A DNA stretch of 64,000 nt from the human T2T-CHM13v2.0 reference genome, Homo sapiens: assembly GCF_009914755.1 (NCBI RefSeq), contig NC_060932.1; one strand, given 5' to 3'. The notes under the pieces were generated by a model. It did not search any database. It was not told where the DNA came from and saw nothing but the letters and a program-made list of their open reading frames with translations. Both the position numbers and the translations under genes were made by a program. This document shows positions 47,142 through 64,000 of this stretch, in pieces. The stretch's first letter is position 1; every line of letters starts with the position of its first letter.

Positions 47142-47436
47142 TATTTGTAACCACCCAGTGGGTTCACCTTGCCGCTGCATGGACAGAATCAATTTATCAT
47201 GATGGGAATTACAATAGAGAAAGAGTAATTTATGCAGAGCCTTCTGTGCAGGAGACTGGAGTTTTTTTTATTACTGAAATCAGTCTCCAGTAGAGTTTGA
47301 CTAATGAGGTACAGTGGTGTATGCTAAAACCAAGAGAGCATGCAAATGTATTTATAAAGGTCTTGTCCTCATTATCTTCATCAATAGATAAATTTTTGTA
47401 AATCTGCCTTTCAATCATATTATATAGAAAGTGGTA

Positions 47437-47727
47437 GGCCAGGTGCAGTGGCTCACGCCTGTAATCCTAGCCCTTTGGGAGGCTGAGCTGGGTGGATCAA
47501 TTGAGGTCAGGAGTTTGAGACGAGCCTCGCCAACATGGTGAAACTCCATCTGTACTAAAAATACAGAAATTAGCTTGGTGTGGTGGCATGGGCCTGTAGC
47601 CCAGCTACTCAGGAGGCTGAGGCAGGTGAATTGCTTGAACCCGGGAGGTGGAGGTCAACATTGCACCACTGCACTCCAGCCATAGTGACAGAGTGAGACT
47701 CCATCTCAAAAAGAAGGAAAGAAATAA
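47437..47727 (+). mobile_element. AluS with a small internal deletion
   Basis: TSD agaaagtggta / agagagtggta. Confidence 0.9.
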
Positions 47728-48109
47728 AGAGAGTGGTAATTAACTTACTTTTCTGTTATTTGCTGAGAAAAAATGGGGTATAGATATCAATCCTACAGAA
47801 AGTTGTAAGTTTTAGAACATACTCATTCACTTGTTTCAATATCTTCAGGATATGGGAAGTTGGGCTTGTTTAATATCTCATATTAAATTTTCTGTTTAAC
47901 CCTCTTTCTCTCTCTCTACCCCTCCTCCTCTCCTTCCCTTACCCCTGCTTGAAGCTATTATCTCTTAGTGAATTGGGTGTATGCCTAAAATCACAGTCAA
48001 AACATCTAGAAAAACTAGGATTATAACTGTAGTCTCTTAACTCACAGAGTATGCTTTTTTCAGTATATCAGTTGCTCAATAAAATTTGTCCCATGAATTT
48101 TTAAAAAAT

Positions 48110-48295
48110 CATAATAAAACAGTCTAATATAGTGGATAAATCTATCCACTTTGGAATCAGGTTCAAATCTCAGTTCTGCAACTTACTAGCTTTGCAACTT
48201 GGGTCAAGCAGTGTATCTCTCCAAGCCTCAGTTCCCTCATACATAATAATATCTACTTCAAAAGATTAGATGAGAAGAGTAAAGTATGTGATGTG
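48110..48295 (+). mobile_element. MIR
   Basis: ggttcaaatctcagttctgcaacttactagct ... gcctcagttccctcat. Confidence 0.7.
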
Positions 48296-48341
48296 TTTGT
48301 GGGTGTGTGTATATAGATATAGCATGTATGGGATATAGTAA

Positions 48342-49025
<684 letters not shown>

Positions 49026-50028
49026 GCTATTCATTTATGATATATATTTTCTTATATTTTGTTTCATTGGTTAGTAAAGAAAATGTGTGTTATGTGGGTG
49101 TGTTGTCTCTTATTTTTGCCACCTTTAATTTGAAATTAGTTCAGTGAAATAGGAGATACATAGTAGTATTTTATTTTTAAAATTAATTTCTCATTTGGTT
49201 TTGAAGATCTTGAGTACTCAGATATCTTTCTACTGCCTGGTAGAGCTGCCATCTTGAGCCTGAAATATAAGAAATGGTCTGGTTTTCATAATGAGAAGGC
49301 TGGAATTGAGCTTCCCTCCCATTTTCCTTGTTCCTGAACTAATACCACTGTACCTGTTATGGAGGACTGCAAAGGGAAGAGAAAAGCAGAACACTGTATT
49401 ATTTTTTCCTTTATTGTCTTCAGTGCATATATTTGCAGTTGGGGACAGGTTGAGTAGAGGAAAAGGGAAAGAAGGGAAAGCAGAAAACAAATTTTTAGCA
49501 TCTGCTGTGCTTTCATCCATGAAATCTCCAATTCAGTAAGTGCAAAAGAGAATTGGTGTGCATCTGAGAGGTCTGACATTTCATTATTTACTTATTTCCT
49601 AGCTTTTCTGAATTAATGCACTCTTAACATATAATTATATTAATCCTATTTGTGCTAGAATAGTTGTATCTAAATCATATTTTAAAATTATTTTTATTTT
49701 TAAAAAATTATGGTAAAAACATATAAAATTTACCATCTTAATCACTTTGAGTGTACAGTTCATCAGTGTTAACTGTATTCACCTTGTGCAACAGATCTCA
49801 AGGACTTTTTCACCTTGTAAAACTAAGATTCTCTATTTATTGAACAAATCCCCATTTCCTCCTTCCCCAAGTCTCTCTCAACTGAAATTATAATTTTTTG
49901 TTTCTATGAGTTTGAATACTTTAGATACCTTGTTGCCATGGTTTGAATGTGCCCCCCAGATTTCATGTGTTTGAAACTTAATCTCCAAATTTGTATGTTG
50001 ATGGCATTTGGAAGTGGTGGGGACTTTG

Positions 50029-55785
<5,757 letters not shown>

Positions 55786-57089
55786 GTGGTGGGGACTTTG
55801 GGCAGTATTTAAGATTAGTTTAGATAAGGTTGTCAGGGTGGGTTCTCCATGATGGGACTGGTGGTTTTATGAGAAGAGGAAGAGAGACCTGAGCTAGCAC
55901 ACTCTTGCTGTCACTATTTGATGCCCTCTGCCATGTTATGATAGAGCAAAGAGGCCCTCATCAGATGCCAGTGCTATGCTCTTGGCCTTCCCAGGCTCTG
56001 AAACCATTAGTGAAGTAAACTTTTCTTTATAAATTACCCAGTCCCTGGTATTCAGCGGAAAACAGACTGAGACACATGTAAGTGTATTCATATTGTATTT
56101 GTCTTTTGTTACTGGCTTAGTTCGTTGAGCATAATGTCTTTAAGCTTCATATTTTAGCATGTGACAAGATTTACTTCTTTTTTTAAGACTGAATAGTATT
56201 CCATTTTATATGTATGCCACATTTTGTTTATCCATTCATTCATTGATGAATGGATTGATGAATGGATATTTGGGTTGCTTCCACCTCTTGGCTATTGTGA
56301 ATAGTGCAACAGTGAACATGGGTTTACAAATACTTCTTTGAGATTCTGCTTTCAGTTCTTTTGGATATGTACTCAGAAGTGGGATTACTTGATCACGTGG
56401 TAATTCTGTTTTAAATCCTATTCAGAAGTAGGATTTCTTGATCATATGGTGGTTGTTTTGAGGAACCTTTATACTGTTTCCATAATGGCTGCACTATTTT
56501 ACAATCCCACCAACATTGCATAAATGCCCCAGTTTCTCTATATCCTCACCAACACGTGTTGTATTCTGTTTTTTTTTTTCTTTTGATAATGGTCACCCTA
56601 ATGAATATGAGATGATATTTCTTTGTAGTTTTTATTTGGATTTCTTTAATGATTAGTGATGTTAATCATCTTTTTATGTGCTTATTGGCCATTCATATAT
56701 CTTCTTTGGAGAACTCTCTATATTTAATTAAGGGTTAACATCCAGAGTATATAAATAACTTCTGTAACTGAACAACAACAAAAAAGCCTAAATAACCAGA
56801 TTAAAACTGGGCAAAAACTCAGTAATATGTCCCTTATGCTACTCTTTGAGAAAGTTAAGCAGTGTGAACCATTTACTCTTTTAGGAGGTAGGAAATCTTC
56901 GGTTTACCTTGGGCACATGATTCTTGTATAATTACATAGCTCCCTGTTTCTGCATGTTTGGTGTATATGTTTGCATGTATGTTTGTGGGGTGAAGGTGAG
57001 AAAAGAAGTTAAGCTGCTTGGCAGCACTTGATTCGGAATCTTTGAGTAATAAAGGGCCTAAAGACTTTGAATCATAAAGTGAAAGTGTT

Positions 57090-58620
57090 CTTCGTTTTTT
57101 TCTGAAGATTTAAATGTCTATGTGTTATTATTTCTCTTCAGCCTAGATAATTTGTTATAGTTTTTTTGTATAGGTTAGGTTTGTTAGTGATGATTTCTTT
57201 TTTAATTTTTTTTAAATCTGAACATATCTTTATTTATCTTTCATTCTTGTAGGATATTTTTGTTGGATATAGAGTTCTGAGTTGACAGGTTTTTTCCTTC
57301 CTTTAAGTGTTTTAAAGACATCACTCCACTATTGTCTGGTCTCCATTGTTTCTGATAAAAAGTTAGTGATCATTTACATCATTATTCCCCTGTGTGTAAT
57401 TTGTTGTTTTTCTCTAGCTATTCTTGAGATTTTTACCTTTAGCTGTTGGTTTGCAGTTGTATGACTACTGTGTTCATGTGTATAGTATTTTTTTTCTAGT
57501 TTTTTCTTTGTATTTCTCCTGCATAGGATTCTCCAAGTTTCTTGAACCTGTAAATTTTTGTCTTCTATTATATTTAGGAAGTTTCTGGCCATTATTATTC
57601 TCATGGTTTTTCTTCTTCTTTATCTTCTTGGAGTCCACTTCCAAATGTGTTAGACCTATTGATATTCTCCCACCTATTCCTGAGGCTCTGTTCATTTTTT
57701 TCCAATTTGTTTCTCTGTTCTTTAGATTGGAGTTTTCTTCAGGTTGACATTTCCCGTATCTTCAATCTACTGTTAAGTTCATATAATGAATTTTTAACAT
57801 TTTTCAGATACTGCATTTTTATGTTCTTGAAATTTCCTTGGGTTCTTTTTATGGTTTCTATTTCTTTGCTAAAATTTTATGTATTTTTATATATCATAAG
57901 CATATTTTTCTTTATATCCTTGATCATATTTAAAATAGCTGCTTTAAAATCTGTCCACTAATTCCAATACCTGGGTCATTTTGGGATTGGTCTCCATTCA
58001 TTGCCTTTTCTCTTGAGTATGGGTTACATTTTCACGTTTGCTCATATGGCTACTAATTTTGAATTGTTTCCTGGATGGTATGAATGATACATTTTAGATC
58101 CTCTTGATTATTTTTGTTCTTCAGAGAAACATTTTTTTTTCTTTTCAGCAGGCAGTAACTTGAACTTTAAACTCTGAACTCTAAACAATCTTTATTTAAC
58201 CTTCAGTGAGCTGCATCGAGTCTTCCCCTTATATGCATAGTTCACGGTCAGCCTAAAATTGGGCAGAATTAATATATGAAGTGAGACTTCCTTTCTGTTG
58301 GTTCTATTTTTCTCCTAGATTTTCCACCTCATTTTTCAGCAGTTGTGATCACCACATACTCTGTTCTCTGGGCCTTAAAACCACTAAAACTGTAGGTTTT
58401 TAAATTTGGATTTTGTGTAGTTGGTATGCTGAGTGGGGTCTGCTCTCACTTAGTGCCATTCCTTCTTCCAGATGTCGACCTCTCTCCAGTGTCTGCTTGC
58501 TTTTTTTTGCTGTGAAGTGCTTTGAGGTAATTATCAGTGTTTTGTCCAGAGTTCATAGTGGTTATTTGTGAGACGATTTGTGCAGTAAGAGATATACCCA
58601 CCTTCTTATTAATCTATAAC
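57090..58620 (-). mobile_element. Ancient L1M 5'/ORF1 fragments
   Basis: ORF 57374-57604 resembles L1 ORF1 (KISRIAREKQQITHRG). Confidence 0.65.
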
Positions 58621-58660
58621 ATTTTCAGTAATCTTTCTGTAATGTTTGCCAGTCTTTCTG

Positions 58661-58941
<281 letters not shown>

Positions 58942-59212
58942 TTAGACAAGATGTGTAAAGCTTTTTAACATTTAGTTCTCTCTCATCCCTACTTATGACC
59001 CTGATAAAAACTGCAATATAGATATTATTATCATCACTACCCTTTAACTGGGAGAACCAAGGCTCATAGAGTTTAAGTAATTTGCCAAAGTCCACACAGA
59101 TCCAATCTCAGGCTTTTTCACCTCAAATCCAGTTCATTTTTTGTGAAACCATGCTATCTTTATCTGATGAATAGGTTACCTACAGCTATGCTAAGTTATG
59201 CATTATTTAAAA

Positions 59213-59505
59213 ATTATTATTTTTGTGATAGAGTCTTGCTCTGTCACCCAGCCTGGAGTGCAGTGGTGCGATCGTGGCTCACCACAACCTCCACCTCCTG
59301 GGTTCGCGTGATTCTTGTGCCTCAGCCACTCAGGTAGCTGGGACTACAGGTGTGCACCACCACGCCTGGCTAATTTTTGTATTTTTGGTAGAGATTGGGT
59401 TTTGCCATGTTGGCCAGGCTGGTCTTAAACTCTTGGCCTCAAGTGATCTACCTGCCTCGGCCTCCCAAAGTGCTGGGATTACAGGCATGAGTTACCATGC
59501 CAGCC
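59213..59505 (-). mobile_element. AluJb/Sx-like element
   Basis: Full dimer, reverse orientation. Confidence 0.88.
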
Positions 59506-60064
59506 TGAATGATTTATTTGCCTACGATATAGTTTTTTAAAAAGTCTAGCCTAAATGTTTTTCAGCTTTAGCTCAAGGTAGAGCTGGACTTGTGTCACTG
59601 TTAGCTTGAATAATCCAATTAACAATATATGTAATGGGAAAAAGGGTAGGAAATAATATATTATACATCTACTAAGGAGCTTGAATGCTAAGTGTCCCAC
59701 ACAAACATAGATTAAGTATTCATTCCATCCAACAAACATTTTCTTATTGGTTTTATAGCCAAGAAATAAATGGGAAGATCCTGGTCAGATGTTTTGGCTA
59801 AATAGTAAGCTTTTAAAATGAACTTTTAATATAGAATGAACTTAATTAATTTTATCCTCATGTTCTATATGGTTCAGTCATGGCTTTATAAGACTTTTAA
59901 ATTTCCGCAACTAAATTTTGGGCTTTTTCTAGATTATTATGTGTATATAAAAGGCCTTTTGAAATTTAAAAAAGAAAAATAATTATGAGCAATACTTTCA
60001 TAAAAGAACACTCATATGCACCTATATACATTCACATCTTCAAATATGAATACTCTCCTCATAG

Positions 60065-60250
60065 ACTAGTGGTTCTCAACCTTTAGTGTGCATCAGAATC
60101 TCCTGGAGTGCTTATTGAAACACATTGCTGGCCCCTATCCTGAGTTTCTTTTTAGTAGGCATTAGGTAGGGCTTGAAATTTGCGTGTTTAAAAAAGTTCC
60201 CGGATGTTGCTGATGCTGCTGTTCTCCCCTCCCTTCTTTGAGAATCCCCG
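60065..60250. mobile_element. MER5A-like hAT-Charlie non-autonomous DNA transposon
   Basis: agtggttctcaacctttagtgtgcatcagaatc ... gatgctgctg ... ctttgagaatc. Confidence 0.8.
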
Positions 60251-60744
60251 TTGACTTTTGAAGGCTATCAGTTAATAATTAGTTTCAAAACAGCCACTAG
60301 AGGGCAATGGAACCACAGAGAAATTGGACGTGCTGCCTAATTTGTTCCCTGGTTTATGGGATCAACTATGTATTGCTACAAGCCAGGAGAACACCAAAGC
60401 CAAACATTAATTTCTTGCACAATATCTTGATGCTCATTTCCAATTGTAAATCTTGTCCTTGTGATTGTGGGGGTCAGAGATATATAATGCATCTCTAACT
60501 CTGGCTGATGCCCCACTTAATGATTACAATAAATTCAAAGTTGGACTTTTCTAGCTGAGCATTTGCACATATACATGTCTTTGGGGTTAACATGAACCAT
60601 TTGTCGTTTCCCAAAGAGGCTATATTTTGATATTAGATCTAGTTTGTTACAGAGATGATTATGTAGTTAAATGGTATCCTTCATTTTAAGATTTGTGCCT
60701 TTTATTTTGTGAAAGTGGGACTTAAGTACTTTTTTAAAATGTTA

Positions 60745-61105
60745 AACAGCATATAATAAATATATAATTATATGTTATATACAGTAAAATAAACAGCATA
60801 TAGTATATAATTATATTCCATAAAGAATATGATTATACATTCATATCTTCAAATATGAATACTATGCTTCTCATAGACTAGTGGTTCTCATTCTTTAGTG
60901 TGCATCAGAATCACCTGAAGTGCTTATTGAAACAGAATAAAGAATATAGAATATAAAGAATATAATTATATATAATATAAAATATAATTATATACAAAAC
61001 AAATAAAGTAAAATATATTGTATATATGATATATAGAAATATATAATGTATAAAACATATAAAATATAATTATATATTATAATTATATTCATGGAATATA
61101 AAGAT
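60745..61105. repeat. AT-rich low-complexity tract containing a ~100-bp copy of 60025-60122
   Basis: Repeated tatataattata motif; the duplicated segment lies at 60834-60934. Confidence 0.8.
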
Positions 61106-61291
61106 CACAGAGTATAGGGAATTTGCAGTTTCTTTCTTTTAGATATATTGCTTTGATGGTAGGAAAGGACTAGAGGAAAATGAAAAGATGTAGTTTGCAG
61201 GACTGTTATATTTTCTTTTTGCCTAGACTGGTACAGAACTTGAAAATTTCTTTGCTGCTGTTGCTGCACTTTAAAAATTCTGTCTTGATAG

Positions 61292-62292
61292 TGCTATGGT
61301 TTGAATGTCTGTCTTCTCCAAAACTCATGCTTAAACTTAATCCCCAATATGGCAGTATTGAGAGGTGGGGCCTTTTTTTTTTCAGATTCAGGAGTATATG
61401 TGCAGATTTGTTACATTGGTATATTATGTGATGCTGAGGTTTTAGCGTCTATTGATCCCATTGTCCAAGTAGTAAACATAGTACACGATGGGTAAATTTT
61501 CAACCCTTGCCCTCCTCCCTGTCTTCTCCCTTTTGGAATCCCCAGTGTTTATTGTTCCCATCTCTGTGTCCATGTATACCCATTGTTTAGCTCCCACTTA
61601 TAAGTGAGAACATGTGGTTTTCTGTTTCTGTGTTAATTCACTTACGATAATGGCCTCCAGCTATCCATGGTTCTGCAGAGGACATGATTTTGTTCTTATT
61701 TATGGCTGTGTAGTATTCTGTGGTGTATATTTACCACATTTTCTTTATTCAGTCCACCATTGATAAACACCTGGGTTGATGCCATGTCTTTGTTATTGTG
61801 AATAGTGCTGAGATAAACATGAGTGCGGGTGACTTTTTGGTAGAATGGTTTATTTTCCTTTGGATATATACCCAGTAATGGTATTGCTGGGTTGAATGGT
61901 AATTCTGCTTTTAGTTCTTTGAGAAATCTCCAAACTGCTTTCCACAGGGGATTGGGTCATGAATGCATTGCCTCATAAATGAATTTATCCATTCATAGAT
62001 TAGTGGATTAATAGGTTAATACATTAATGGGTTATAATGGGAGTGGTACTGGTGGCTTTTTAAGAAGTAGAAGAGAGACCTGAGCTAGCATAGTCAGCCC
62101 CGTTGCTATGGGATGCCCTGTGTGGCCTTGAGATGCTGCAGAGAGTTCCCACCAGCAAGAAGGGTCTCACCAGATGTGGTCCCTTGACCTTGGACTTCCC
62201 AGCCTCCTGAACTGTAAGAAACACATTTGTTTCTTTATAAATTATCCAGTTTCAGGTATTCTGTTATAATCAACAGAAAACAGATTAAGATA
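61292..62292 (+). mobile_element. MST (MSTC-like) solo LTR split by an L1 3' fragment
   Basis: tgctatggtttgaatgtctgtcttctccaaaactcatg ... caacagaaaacagattaagata. Confidence 0.82.
61373..61950 (-). mobile_element. L1PB-like 3' fragment
   Basis: T-tract, then gtgcagatttgttacattggtatattatgtgatgctgagg... Confidence 0.8.
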
Positions 62293-62379
62293 GATAGGTA
62301 GAGTCTTAGATACCTTTCTGAGTAGCCTTAATTCTTGGCTTGAGGCAACAATTACTTTTAATTGCAATGTAGAAATTTT

Positions 62380-62570
62380 TATTTAAAGTCCAAAGACTGG
62401 AGTTTGATTCCTAGACTTGACATTATTTTTTGGATGACATTTATGAGTCATTTAAGACCCAGTTTCTGCATATGTAAAATAAGAATTACATATTTAATAA
62501 TAATAATGTCTTCATGGACTATTGTGAAAAATCAGTGAGATACTATATGTGATGGTGTTTTGTAGACTGT
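62380..62570 (+). mobile_element. MIR
   Basis: cagtttctgcatatgtaaaat core. Confidence 0.5.
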
Positions 62571-62718
62571 GACTATCCCTGAAATTTTCTGTTTTTGATA
62601 TTCTTTCACCAAGATAGTATTTTTTGAACTTGATTTTGATGTTGTTATTATATCTTTGTAAAATTACTTCCACATGTACGAGATAGCAACAATCATATAA
62701 AAAAATTTAGAATTATAT

Positions 62719-64000
62719 TAATGACAGGGGCGGCCCATCTGGAATGGCCACTGTGAAGAAGTGGGTTGCAGCGGGGGAGGTGTGGCTGGGGCTGCCCTGT
62801 TCTGCAGAGCCAGCAGGAGCAGGTGGGAGCCCTGCCCCCTACTGAGTCAGTGGGAGACCTGTGCTCCTGGGCGCAGATGTAGCTGCCCAGCTGCAGCTCT
62901 AGACCTGGGCATCCCTGCACTCGCAGGGGCCCAGGAAGCCCCCTTCCCCCCACAGGCTTGGAAGTGTCTGCTCCTGCTTTCTAGTCTCTCCCCGCTCCTG
63001 GCGCCTTCTCTGGTGTGGAGCAAAGTTGTAGCCAAGCCTGGGTGCTATTGTGACCTGGCTGGGTGTGTGTGCATTCAGAGAGGCACAAACATGCCAGCCC
63101 CCTGCAACCTTGGCTCCCTCTAGACTTTGGGTACTGACAAGCGTGGGAGGGAGGCTGGTGGGGGCTGAGGGTGGCTCTGTGCAGGTCTGCAGGTGCCCCT
63201 TGGCACGAGGAGCCTGGGCGCTGTGGATGGCATGTTGATGGTAGCAGGAGGCAGACAGGTTCCTGGTGGAAAAGGGCAGGTTCCCAGTGAAGCCCCACCT
63301 TCTAGCCAGGGGCAGCCTGAAGCCTGGAGGCCAGGCTGTCAGTTCTGGGTAGAATCCACTGCCCAGATGAGAATTTATGGTGCTTTTTCCAGGCTTGCCC
63401 ATGGCTGCCCATGGACCAATCAGCATGCACTTCCTCCCTTCTGAGCCCACAAAAACCCCAGACTCAGCCAGACTCACACAGACATTGGGACTACAAGCTC
63501 TGGGGAGGAGCTACCTACTTCAGGTCTCCTCAACTCTTCAGGATGACCTGCCTGCATAAAGGAGCTACCCACCATAGGTCTCCTCTGTGCTGAGAGCTGG
63601 ACACTTACCTGGACAACCTGCCTGTGGAAAGGAGCTACCCACCATGGGTCTCCTCTCTGCTGAGAGCTGGACATTCATCAGGATGACCTGCCTACAGAAA
63701 GTAGCTACCCAAAGGAGTGACCCACTTCAGGTCTCCTGAGAGTTGTTCTGTCACTCAGTGAAGATCTTCTCTGCATTGCTCACCCTCCAGTTGTTTGTGT
63801 ACCTCACTCTTCCTGGATGTGGGACAAGAACTTGGGGCCTGCTGAATGGTGGGACTGAAAGAGCTGTAATACAAACGGGGCTGAAACATGCTCCATGCCT
63901 GCCACATTGTGGGTGACGAGAAGGAGAGAAGAGCTGCGGCCCTTCTGGGAGTCTAGACCTCAGGGCTCCCCAAGCCAGGGCTGTGAACATACTGTAACAC
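62719..64000 (+). mobile_element. MER52-type long GC-rich ERV1 LTR, runs off the window end
   Basis: ggcggcccatctgga..., CCAAT box (ggaccaatcagc), internal ggagctacccacc...gagagctggaca repeats at 63505-63740. Confidence 0.78.

Noticed and set aside
56229-56268. Quasi-palindrome tatccattcat...atgaatggata as a possible miRNA hairpin
   Set aside because: Short stem made by a 12-bp duplication within L1MB; too small for a pre-miRNA.
62693-63990. Cluster of overlapping 60-190 aa ORFs
   Set aside because: By-product of the GC-rich MER52-type LTR; no recognisable domains.

Overview
Human/primate (not prokaryotic) genomic DNA, mostly transposable elements. It holds the last two coding exons of XKR9, a caspase-activated XK-family scramblase (+ strand, 21752-21972 and 48397-49025); the first coding exon lies upstream of the window. 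Main elements: a full-length L1PA3/4-like LINE-1 (9953-16164), a nearly full-length relative just downstream of the gene (50029-55785), a two-LTR THE1 element (30940-39859) split by a full-length L1PA7/8, an HSMAR2 mariner fossil, an LTR8/HUERS-P1-type ERV, a MER52-type LTR and many Alu/MIR/L2/L1M fragments. Most interesting: (1) the LTR8 ERV is built like an mRNA (R-U5-internal-U3-R-polyA), i.e. an L1-made retrocopy rather than a provirus; (2) the two young L1s 40 kb apart have different TSDs but share many non-consensus changes, including an ORF2 frameshift; (3) a 1-bp insertion puts the intronic L1 ORF0 splice donor in frame with the XKR9 exons; (4) the first canonical XKR9 polyA signal lies inside an antisense L1. 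Subfamily names and consensus comparisons come from recalled sequences, not alignments. I see no evidence of a wholly new gene system.
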